A stretch of 64,000 nt of DNA, from the NCBI GenBank assembly GCA_963818475.1, contig CAWFSF010000006.1:1312001-1376000 (forward strand), read 5' to 3'. Position numbers and translations under genes: made by a program. Position 1 is the first letter of the stretch. Each line of letters opens with the position of its first letter. Positions 42,590-51,559 of the stretch are shown here, in pieces. The stretch comes from Nitrospirota bacterium. Lineage in GTDB: Bacteria; Nitrospirota; UBA9217. The notes under the pieces were generated by a model. The model had not been told where the DNA came from and ran no database searches. It worked only from the letters and a program-made list of their open reading frames with translations.

Positions 42590-42806
42590 ATATAAGAAAT
42601 TTGAGAAAACTGGCGTTTCTAAGTCGCAATGTTTCGCAGAGGCCAAAAGAACTAGATATTCCTGCATCCCCTTCGCTGTTGAAGAACCACCAATTGCTTT
42701 CCTTAGTTGAACGAATCGTTTGATTGCATGTTCCGCATTATTGTTATTCCAGGGTACGCCATCGTAATCCAGGAATGTGAACAGCTTATCGCGATTTTTC
42801 ATTATC
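42590..42806 (-). pseudogene. IS66-family transposase C-terminal fragment
   Basis: KLFTFLDYDGVPWNNNNAEHAIKRFVQLRK. Confidence 0.8.
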
Positions 42807-42890
42807 CTCCACCAAGAAAATAACAAAAGGCTGGCATCATTGACCGGCCTTTTTTATTGCGCGGAGGGGGATCGAACCAAGGGAGTTTGA
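42807..42890 (+). repeat. tRNA-tail module copy 3 (truncated)
   Basis: Nearly identical to 33551-33635, including the terminator. Confidence 0.85.
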
Positions 42891-42982
42891 TAGGGTACGA
42901 GTATTGGAAAGGACGCCGGTGCTATACTCGTATTAGAGGTTTTTCCTGATTGAGTATCCCTTGACCGCCGGGTGCCAAAAAA

Positions 42983-44558
42983 ATGATCCTCGAAATGCAT
43001 TGTCATACCACGGAACATTCTGTCTGCAGCACGGTGAGCGCTGCCGATCTGGTGCAGAGTAATTTCGAAAAAGGATTGCACGGGACCGTTCTCACCGATC
43101 ATCACTACCTCTGGTCTGCCGACGCAATCCGGGAACTGAGGTCCCGTCTGAAAGTTCCGGCCTTTTATCTCATCCTTTCCGGGCAGGAGGTTGAGATCCC
43201 TGAACTGGGACATGTGCTGGTTTATGGCGCGGATATTTCACTTGAACGCGGCATTTCCGTGGCTGCAATACGGCAGCGGTTCCCGGACGCGGCGCTTGTC
43301 TGGGCCCACCCATACCGTGATCAACATATTCCGCCGCCCGAAAAACTTAAGCATCCGTTAACGGACGGCATCGAAATATTCACGTCGAACCATACCGTGA
43401 CTGAGAACAACGCGGCGCTCAAAGACTGGCACGAGCATAAATTTACCGCTCTTTCCGGCACTGACACGCATGCCGTAAGCTACAGTGCGCTTTATCCTAC
43501 CCTTTTCGACCACCCGATCGTGACGATCCAGGAACTTGCCGCAGAAATACGGGCTGGACGATGCCGCCCCTTTTTCGAAGAAGTGCCGCATTCCGGAACG
43601 TCGAGCACGAAGGTTATCGAAATCACGATCGGGACGAAAGGGGGCAACGAAACACCTGATAAGTTCGTGGTCAGGTCGCACCGGGACGCTGAAAAATGGC
43701 ATTCCGCTAAACAGAGCGTTCGGGTCATCGAAGAGATTGCGCGGCACGGCTTCGACAGCGGACGATTCCGCGTGCCCAAGCAGTTTGGGCAGGACGATGT
43801 GAATCTTACCGTGATTGAGCAGGGAATTCGAGGAAAGACGCTTTTCGCTGCACTCGTTGAAAGCGGACGCGAAGACGCACGCCGGTATCTTGAAATGACC
43901 GCGGAGTGGCTTGCGAAACTGCACAACCTGAGACTGCAGGTTACTCCCCCCGATCATTTTCTCGGCACAGAACCGGACCATCTCGCCTTCTATCTCTCTG
44001 CCTTTTACAATAGCAGTCATCCCCATACCCGCCGCGCGCAAGAAATCATGGATATCGTGACGGCGACGGAGGCTTCTTTGTATGGGAACCATCCCGAAAA
44101 AATGGTGCAGGGACATGGAGATTTTCATCCGAAAAATATTTTTATCGGCCGGGACCGAGACGATGACGTTTCATCCACCTTCATTGCTGCTATCGACTTC
44201 AACAGCTCCAGCTCCATGCCTCCCGCATACGATGTCGGAACGTTTCTCGCCCAATTCAGAAACCAGTTTTACGACAATAAAACGGTGACGGATAAGGTTT
44301 CGCCGACGATTTTTCTCGACGCCTATCTGGAGCACGTCCGACGAAACGGACATCGATTTTCTTTCACAGGTGGAGCTCTTCAGGGCGCGCACCAGTTTGA
44401 GCATCTGCTACCATCTCATCAAAATAGGATTGGGAATGAGTGACAATCTCTGGAGAGTCCTCGTGGAGGCCGGCCAGGCCCTGGCCCGCCTTTCCGTAAA
44501 AAGCATGGGAAGTACGAAGGTCATCGAACAAACGGAGGACCAACGCAAGCTTGGGTGA
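42983..44558 (+). CDS. PHP-domain / APH-like kinase fusion (indel near 44340)
   Basis: EMHCHT, LTDHH, GTDTH; WLAKLH, HGDFHPKNI, IDF. Confidence 0.8.
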
Positions 44559-44631
44559 TAAAAAGAACACTGAAGGCAATTCGTTTTGTTCGGTAACCGA
44601 AGGCGAGCTTTCATATGAACGAGGTGATCTT

Positions 44632-44937
44632 ATGCCGGCCTCCCGCAACCCTCAACAAAAACGCTGGTCCAGAAAAGTCACGGAAGAGAGCAATGCGCTC
44701 GACCTCGAAGTCGGTGTATTTTCAAAACCCGATCCGCGAAGCATCGCACGCTCATTGAAACGATCGGCAGAGCGAAGCACCCGCCGGAAAAGCGACCCCT
44801 TTCGTTCCGCAATGTCGATGTTGACGTTCTATATCAATAGGGCGGGAAAAAACCTTTCCAAGACGGATCGCAGCAGACTGGAAAAGGCGAAGAACGCCTT
44901 GCGCGACCTCTATGGGAAGCCACGAAAGGCAGCGTAA
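44632..44937 (+). CDS. DUF3175-family protein
   Basis: WSRKVTEESNALDLE..IARSLKRSAERS.RRK..FRSAMSMLTFYINRAGKNL. Confidence 0.88.
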   Translation: MPASRNPQQKRWSRKVTEESNALDLEVGVFSKPDPRSIARSLKRSAERSTRRKSDPFRSAMSMLTFYINRAGKNLSKTDRSRLEKAKNALRDLYGKPRKAA

Positions 44938-45276
44938 ACTCCACACTCCGCAATCCGAATGACTATTTCCCATACGCAGTCATCAAGTCCCGGCCTGTAG
45001 CATAGACCAGGCTTGCCCCGGGCTGGCGAGCTGAAGTCCAATTAATTATTTTAATATTTCAAATGGTCATTTCAATATGCGCAATCGCTCTCAATAAGTA
45101 CGACCAGCAGCCGGAATAATAAAATATCAACGGCAATTCCTTTCTCCGGTCGTCACCGGATCGGTGAAATCCCGCGTGTTGAACTAATGTTGAATGTTCG
45201 ATATACTATTCCTGATGCATTCGCAACAAGGAGAGAAAGCCGTCTTTGCGAAAGAGAGCCCTCTTTGGAAAACGTT

Positions 45277-45756
45277 ATGGAACGTGAGCAGGTAAAAGAC
45301 GGACTTCGTGTCGTATCCATCTTTGAAGCGGCAAAAGGACTGCTTGTCTTGCTGACCGGATTCGGGCTGTTGGCGTACATTCATAAAGACGTTCACCTCG
45401 CTGCCGAGCAGCTTGTCCGGCACTTCCATTTAAATCCGGCCAGCCGCTATCCCCGGATATTTCTCGATCTGTCCGACCACGTGACCGACGGGCAGCTTTG
45501 GCTCATGGCGCTCGCTGCCCTCCTCTATGCAGTGGCTCGTTTGGTCGAATCTTACGGCCTCTGGCATGAGCGGCAATGGGCCGAATGGTTCGGTCTTCTT
45601 ACGGGCGGGATGTATGTTCCTATCGAACTGTTCGAGATCACGCGCGGGGTGACATGGCCAAAAGCCGTTCTTTTGATCGTGAATGCGGGTGTCGTGGGAT
45701 ATCTCTCTTTTATCGTATACCAGGCGAGACAAAAGCGTAAACACGCGGGGGAATAG
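45277..45756 (+). CDS. DUF2127-family membrane protein
   Basis: FEAAKG, HLNPAS, ESYGLW..WAEW, YVPIELFE. Confidence 0.88.
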   Translation: MEREQVKDGLRVVSIFEAAKGLLVLLTGFGLLAYIHKDVHLAAEQLVRHFHLNPASRYPRIFLDLSDHVTDGQLWLMALAALLYAVARLVESYGLWHERQWAEWFGLLTGGMYVPIELFEITRGVTWPKAVLLIVNAGVVGYLSFIVYQARQKRKHAGE

Positions 45757-45941
45757 TAATGAATGGCGTCACCTGCGTTCCAAATATGCTGCAAGCTCTC
45801 GCCCAGAAGAAAGTTGAAAAAAGAAATTACCTCATTGGGAATTATTCGTTTCGCCGCTCCGGGGTGGCATGATTTCTCTCTTTCCTATAAACAGGTAAAG
45901 TGGTAGCATAATAGTAAAGATAATATAGATATTTTTCAAAA

Positions 45942-46241
45942 GGCGTTGCCAGGCCGAGACCAAAAGGTCAACGTATTGAGAACTCTGTTGAGGGTTACCA
46001 GCCGATCAAGAAGGAGTTCTAGAGCCGCCGAACAGTTGTTGTAAAGAATCGCTGTTCCCGGCAAATAGTATCCTGAAAGACCGGAGGGAACAAAAGACCC
46101 CGCGTCCGGAGGGAAAAAAGCGGCAACCATGGAAACAATTTCCGCAAAGGATCCACGAAACCGCGGAAAGCGTTTGTATATCACCGCAATTTATACCTGC
46201 GGTTCAACTGGCAAGTTTGAAAATACGGGCCAGACAACGCC
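45942..46241 (+). ncRNA. Candidate ~300-nt structured ncRNA, family unknown
   Basis: Closing stem of 12/14 bp plus a second long-range helix and at least 6 internal hairpins; terminator follows; no credible ORF. Confidence 0.55.
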
Positions 46242-46257
46242 CGTACTTATTCACGAC

Positions 46258-46289
46258 AAAAAGCCGGCAAAACATTTTGCCGGCTTTTT
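46258..46289 (+). terminator. Intrinsic terminator
   Basis: AAAAAGCCGGCAAAA-CA-TTTTGCCGGCTTTTT. Confidence 0.85.
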
Positions 46290-46594
46290 CTCTTCCTTCC
46301 AACGAAGCGCTCTTCGGGCGGACTCATCACACGTCAACAACTCCGCTGCACGGCCCACCCCGCTCCTTCAACGATGACTTTGCTCTTGAACTCTTCTTTT
46401 GAAACATCAACAATAGCCCTTCTCGGAATGAACAGGTCATGCTCAGCATATTGACAACGCAGCGTGAGAGAATTAAAGTTAATCAGGAAAAGAATCGGGA
46501 ATATGCGAACTCCAGGAATAAGGATGAGTACCTTGTCATACTAAGGTAGTTGTCTGACGGTCTGATCGAAGTCAATGGTGTGATGCGGGGAGAA

Positions 46595-47248
46595 ATGATA
46601 ATCATGTTCAAGGACCGCAGCGAAGCAGGGACCCGGCTTTCAGCCCGGCTTCTTCAATACAGAGACAGGCCCGATGTGATAGTTCTGGCTCTTCCCCGGG
46701 GCGGTGTCGTAACCGCCTATGAGATCGCGCGATTGCTGCATGTCCGGCTCGATGTGGTGATCGTCAGAAAACTAGGGTCTCCCGGGCAACCCGAACTTGC
46801 CATGGGCGCGGTCGCGGAAACCGGAGTTGTTGTCGTAAATGAAGACATTGTCGCAGCAGGCGGGGTATCCGAAGATTTTTTACAGCAGGAGATCGAACGT
46901 CAAAAGGGCGAGATCACCAGGCGGGTGGCCGCCTACCGCGCGGGAAAGGGACTTCCCGATCTGGAAGGCATGACTGTCATCCTTGTGGATGACGGGGTCG
47001 CAACAGGCGCAACGATAAAGGCAGCGATCACGGCGCTCAGGAACGAGAAGGTCGCGAATCTGGTCATCGCTTTCCCGGTAGGGCCGATGGAAACCGTAGA
47101 GACTTTGCAAAAGATGGCGGATGAGCTTATTTGCCTCGAAACACCGTTCGGCTTCATGGCTGTTGGAGCGCACTATAGCGATTTCACCCAGGTATCGGAC
47201 AAGGCAGTAGTGGACCTTCTTCAAAGGTCAGCTGCAAAAGCGGCGTGA
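46595..47248 (+). CDS. Phosphoribosyltransferase-family protein
   Basis: FKDRSEAG, LALPRGG, ILVDDGVATGAT. Confidence 0.9.
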   Translation: MIIMFKDRSEAGTRLSARLLQYRDRPDVIVLALPRGGVVTAYEIARLLHVRLDVVIVRKLGSPGQPELAMGAVAETGVVVVNEDIVAAGGVSEDFLQQEIERQKGEITRRVAAYRAGKGLPDLEGMTVILVDDGVATGATIKAAITALRNEKVANLVIAFPVGPMETVETLQKMADELICLETPFGFMAVGAHYSDFTQVSDKAVVDLLQRSAAKAA

Positions 47249-47289
47249 AACAGCATGAGCCGGCACGATCAAACAAAGGAGGTATTCCC

Positions 47290-47817
47290 ATGAAAGCACT
47301 TTTTATCAGCGCTGACCGGTATGAGGATTCGGAGCTCCTCGTTCCGTACTACCGGTTCCTGGAAGAAGACATCACGGTGGACATTGCGTCCATGAAAAAA
47401 GGGGCGATCAAAGGCAAGCATGGATACGAGGTGGACGTGACAAAGACCCTTTACGAGGTCAGGCCGGATGACTACGACATCCTGGTGCTGCCCGGCGGCA
47501 GTGCGCCCGAAGCGGTCCGTAAGGAGCCGAAGGCGGTGGAGATCGCCCGGGACTTCTTCCTGAAGAACAAGCCGGTCGCCGCCATCTGCCACGGTCCGCA
47601 GACACTGATCACCGCCGGTTTGCTGAAGGGAAAACGCGCAACGTGTTACCGTACCGTTGCGGCGGAATTGAAGGCAGCAGGTGCGATCTATGAGGACAAA
47701 GAAGTGGTCGTGGACGGGAACCTCGTCACCTCGCGCCAGCCATCGGACCTGCCCGCGTTCATGCGCGAGACCATGAAGATGATCCGAAGCGCTGCGCAAA
47801 AAACGAAAGCAGCATAA
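47290..47817 (+). CDS. PfpI/DJ-1-family protein
   Basis: YEDSEL, LPGG, AAICHGPQ, VVVDGNLVTSRQPSDL; SD AAGGAGG. Confidence 0.92.
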   Translation: MKALFISADRYEDSELLVPYYRFLEEDITVDIASMKKGAIKGKHGYEVDVTKTLYEVRPDDYDILVLPGGSAPEAVRKEPKAVEIARDFFLKNKPVAAICHGPQTLITAGLLKGKRATCYRTVAAELKAAGAIYEDKEVVVDGNLVTSRQPSDLPAFMRETMKMIRSAAQKTKAA

Positions 47818-48008
47818 TGATAGAGCGGGGCAGCCCCCGTTAGCGCCGCAGCAGCTTGAAATAGCATGCAGAGAACAACGGATAAAGTGTCGTGACCTGT
47901 TCCTGTGCGGTGATGTAATGACAGACCGGGGGATAGAATCAGTCCTTCCCATCCTGCCAATTTTCAGACGAACTCGCCACGGACCAAGAAAGACTGAATT
48001 CTGAACTT

Positions 48009-48212
48009 TCAGTGTTTCTCCATCTGATTGAGCGCCTTTCGAGGCGGGATAGGGCGCAAAGTCGATCCGCCATCTCTCTTGACGTAAAATGGACACATCT
48101 TGAACCGGATATTTTTGCAATATTCGCCAAACTCAAAATCGCTAGGGATGTATACCTCCCTCAGTGCTGCGCAAGACAGCATGTATTTCCCCGCCAAAAA
48201 TGGGCATCCCAT
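48009..48212 (-). CDS. Small Cys-rich hypothetical protein
   Basis: MGCPFL..SC..YIPS..EYC..CPFY; SD GGAGG. Confidence 0.65.
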   Translation of the reverse strand: MGCPFLAGKYMLSCAALREVYIPSDFEFGEYCKNIRFKMCPFYVKRDGGSTLRPIPPRKALNQMEKH

Positions 48213-48469
48213 GGCTTACCTCCCTTATAAACAGCATGCATTTTAACTATAGCACAAGGAAAACTCTGTTTAAGTTCGTAAAATACGCCAAAAGTATTAC
48301 AAAATATGAGGTGACTCGTTCAAAGGGGGAATCGCGAGGCCAGCCCAAAGAACTACACACGCATGCTGCCTCCCCCGATGCCATGTTTTTTTGCGTGCGA
48401 TATAAGCGATATAATAGGAAATAGAGGGATGTCGAAGATCGAGGTCGAAGAAGACAGGAGGTGTTGTGT

Positions 48470-48814
48470 ATGCCGGTACTGGAACGAGGTATGAAAAAGA
48501 TAGCCGTGGACGACGACGGGTGCCTGGTCGAGTTCAACGACTGGGATGAAGAGGTTGCGCGTGAACTGGCTGTACGGGCGGGGGTAGGAGAACTTTCTCC
48601 TGAGAGCATTGCCATGCTGAGATTCATCCGTGACCATTATAAGGCCTACAACTTCTTCCCTATCGTGAATTCGGTCTGTAAAAAGCTTCATGAACCGAAA
48701 GACTGCGTAGCGGAGAAATTCTACAACCCGCTCATAGCCTGGAAGATAGCAGGTCTCCCGCATCCCGAGGAGCCCATTATCAGCCTGCTCGAGGCTGGTC
48801 AGTCTCCGGGGTAG
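48470..48814 (+). CDS. TusE/DsrC-like protein lacking the C-terminal cysteines
   Basis: VDDDGCL..DWDEEVA..LRFIRDHY..AWKIAGLPHP; SD AGGAGG. Confidence 0.82.
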   Translation: MPVLERGMKKIAVDDDGCLVEFNDWDEEVARELAVRAGVGELSPESIAMLRFIRDHYKAYNFFPIVNSVCKKLHEPKDCVAEKFYNPLIAWKIAGLPHPEEPIISLLEAGQSPG

Positions 48815-48867
48815 GGCTTTGACTTCACGCTGCCCAGGTGCCGGTTTCCGAACTCTCGCGCCAGTCG

Positions 48868-48915
48868 CTTGCCCGTAAGAAACCCGCTGGCCAGCGAGTA
48901 ATAACTGATCACGCC
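48868..48915 (-). pseudogene. Aldo/keto reductase fragment
   Basis: GVISYYSLASGFLTGK motif in isolation. Confidence 0.5.
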
Positions 48916-49139
48916 CGATCCTGGAGGCGTGCGATTTGAGGATTTGACGTTACGCGAATCGCTTAATATTCCCCCAGCTCCACCAAAAAATAAAAAGGGA
49001 TCGAACGTAGTGCATGGGGAAGAGGCTCCCCCATGTTGCGAGTTAAAGGCAAAATAGTCCAGCAATCCGTAACGCAATACGATGAATAAGAAACAGAACG
49101 GACAGAAGCGAAACAACTGGACTTGAGTAGTTATTTTTT

Positions 49140-49316
49140 TTATCGGTATGCCGAGAAATCCCTGTTTTTGTTCCACTCCTTTCCGAAGGTTTGATATCGA
49201 TTCAGCCACTTATAAAACCATTGTTTAGACCGATGGAGGCTGGTATAGATGCTCTTTGGCGATTCCCCCTCCAGGATGTAGCGACGAATTGCTGCTTTTC
49301 TGATTTTTTCTTCCAT
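49140..49316 (-). pseudogene. Transposase-type (IS481-like) N-terminal HTH, 58 aa, not in the ORF track
   Basis: Hand translation MEEKIRKAAIRRYILEGESPKSIYTSLHRSKQWFYKWLNRY..; SD AAGGAGG. Confidence 0.65.
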
Positions 49317-49382
49317 GACATCCTCCTTCGAGACCGGCTAGACTGCGCAGCAGGCTTCACCCGAGTGTGAAGGCCGCATCCC

Positions 49383-50102
49383 CTATGACCCTGACGCAGC
49401 CGCGGTTTCTGTCCTTTTCGAGCAGAGATACTCCTCTCGCTTCCTGATGCCGGCACCCGCCTCCTGATTTTTGTTGACCAGCATGACCGGACGGGAACAT
49501 TCTCTCTGCCGGTAGAGCGACGCATCGACGACGCTTGCCATTTTATCGGTATCCAGACCGTTCTGCAAAAACCGGCTCACGGTCTCGCTGCACTCACGCG
49601 TCCGCTCCATGACGTCATTATAACTGACATACAGCACCTGCATGTTCTGCTGCCCTGCGAGCCATTGCTCCATCTCCTGGAGGTGCTTCGTGTACAACCT
49701 CCTCATCTTTTCATCGGGTGCGCTGTCCTGTTCCTTGCCCAGCCTCCTCAACATCGTTCGCTGAGACGCCAGGATTTCCTCCATCCGGCGCCTCATAAAG
49801 ATCACTCTATACGTTCTCGTTGCAGGAAGGTCATACAGCAGCATGGACACCATTTTAAAGACCTTGCCTTCGGTATTGTCCAGCCACGAAGCATCGTTCT
49901 TGATCTTCTTTACCTTTTCGAACTCATAATATCCACGGGGGTTGTCCTCGTCGCTCTTTCGTATGTTGTCGATGACGACTTCCATCCCGCCCGTTTCGAG
50001 CATTTTCATCATCAACGATGTTCCTGACCGGGGCAACCCGGACACTATGGTGATGATTTTTTCCGTCTGCATTTTTGGCGCTGCCATAACCGGTTCAATC
50101 AT
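49383..50102 (-). CDS. Sulfotransferase-family protein
   Basis: IVSGLPRSGTSLMM (5'-PSB loop), DNPRGYYE, VIFMRR..EILASQ. Confidence 0.85.
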   Translation of the reverse strand: MIEPVMAAPKMQTEKIITIVSGLPRSGTSLMMKMLETGGMEVVIDNIRKSDEDNPRGYYEFEKVKKIKNDASWLDNTEGKVFKMVSMLLYDLPATRTYRVIFMRRRMEEILASQRTMLRRLGKEQDSAPDEKMRRLYTKHLQEMEQWLAGQQNMQVLYVSYNDVMERTRECSETVSRFLQNGLDTDKMASVVDASLYRQRECSRPVMLVNKNQEAGAGIRKREEYLCSKRTETAAASGS

Positions 50103-50189
50103 TTTACTACCTCCTGGTGTATTGCGTTATTCACGATCACTTTATTATTTAACATTGCCCTGAATTGAGGATCAAACAGGCTGCGTTCC

Positions 50190-50232
50190 TGTGACTTCAA
50201 TCACTGACATAAATTCCGGAAAAAGTGATACT
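50190..50232 (+). promoter_or_regulatory. Class II CRP-type promoter
   Basis: TGTGA-cttcaa-TCACT centred 29.5 bp before -10 GATACT; conserved at 58420. Confidence 0.65.
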
Positions 50233-50277
50233 TAAGTACCGGAAAGAATAAAACACTCAAAAAGGGAGGTAACTACT

Positions 50278-51459
50278 ATGAAGTATGTCGGTGTCAGTCT
50301 TGTTATAGTATGTTTATTGCTTGGTACTCTTTTCTTCAGCGGCTGCGGAGCAGATTCGGAACAGGCACTTACTCCGGAGATGGTGGACACGCCAATAGTC
50401 GGTGAGGGAGATCAGGCTGCAGATCAACCCCAGGTACTCTCCGGAGCGCTCTGGGATTGGTGGCTCAGATGGTACGGCGGCGGCACCACCACCAGCGGCG
50501 GCACCACCACCAGCGGCGGCACAACCAGCGGCGGCAGCACCGGCGGCGGCACGATAACGCCTCCTCCGACTGACGCTGATTGTACGGCGACAGTAGACTC
50601 GTACGGGAAAAACGGACAGTACAGCATGACCTATCAAACCTTCTCGAATCCGATGTGGTCGGGAGGTGCGCCGGTAACCGTTTTCCTTCCGAACCGTACT
50701 GACCCGGCGCCTGTTATGTTCTTGTCACATGGCTACGGCGGAGCGTATGGAGCTCAGACCTCTTACAAAAGCCTGATCAATTATCTTGTCAGCCGCGGGT
50801 TTATCGTGGTTTACTCACCGTATCCGAATTCGTTAACCCCGGTCCTCAACAATTTAAACATTATGTTTAACGGGTTTGAGTTGGCTGCTCAGAAGTACGC
50901 TTCCCGGATGGACCTGACCAAAGTCGGTTTCCTGGGTCATTCCTACGGCGGCGGCGCGGTGCCGTCGATGGCGCGCCGGGGGCTGGCAAAAGGCTGGGGA
51001 ACGAACGGAGCGTTCCTGTTCCCCCTGGCGGCCTGGTATGTCTATGACATGACCGATGCCCAGATGGCGTCATTTCCGGCGCAGGTGAAAATGATCGTCC
51101 ATGCCTACGATGCAGACACCATGAACGATCACAGAATGGGAATCGATATTTTCAACAGCACGACTTCCATTCCGATGTCGGAAAAATCATACTACAATGT
51201 CGTGAAAGGCACGTACCCGGCAGATCATTACGTACCCACGGACCAGCGGATCAACCAACTGGATACGGATGTTGTTCGGAAGTCGCTTGGCGCCTTGATT
51301 GATTACACCTTCAACGCCGGCGCATGCGGAGCCCAGGCAAAAGCATATGCTCTGGATGGCACGGGCACGCATTTCCAGCATACTGTAACGAAAAGCCCTG
51401 CTGCGGTGGCCTCATCGTATTTGCAGCAGTGGTCTTCTTCAATGAACCCGAGAAGGTAG
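50278..51459 (+). CDS. Lipoprotein alpha/beta hydrolase (family A)
   Basis: Lipobox FSGC; SHGYGG; GHSYGG; Gly/Thr linker. Confidence 0.85.
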   Translation: MKYVGVSLVIVCLLLGTLFFSGCGADSEQALTPEMVDTPIVGEGDQAADQPQVLSGALWDWWLRWYGGGTTTSGGTTTSGGTTSGGSTGGGTITPPPTDADCTATVDSYGKNGQYSMTYQTFSNPMWSGGAPVTVFLPNRTDPAPVMFLSHGYGGAYGAQTSYKSLINYLVSRGFIVVYSPYPNSLTPVLNNLNIMFNGFELAAQKYASRMDLTKVGFLGHSYGGGAVPSMARRGLAKGWGTNGAFLFPLAAWYVYDMTDAQMASFPAQVKMIVHAYDADTMNDHRMGIDIFNSTTSIPMSEKSYYNVVKGTYPADHYVPTDQRINQLDTDVVRKSLGALIDYTFNAGACGAQAKAYALDGTGTHFQHTVTKSPAAVASSYLQQWSSSMNPRR

Positions 51460-51559
51460 CCTCTGTTTGCATCGTTTCGGGAGAGAGGAGCGAAAGCTCC
51501 TCTCTTTTTTTGGTTTATTCGCAATAAAGTGAAGTCAACTACGAACGGACACCACCTCA

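Noticed and set aside
42305-42826. 173-aa intact gene
   Set aside because: Chimera of an IS66 fragment and out-of-frame read-through into the toxin gene
33559-42890. tRNA-tail repeats as a CRISPR array
   Set aside because: Spacing is irregular (170 bp to kilobases) and the repeated part is the tRNA 3' end
46100-46200. c-di-GMP-I riboswitch (GCAAA/GAAA words)
   Set aside because: The GGCAAAC..GAAA..GCAAAG arrangement is not present, and the segment fits within the larger structured RNA
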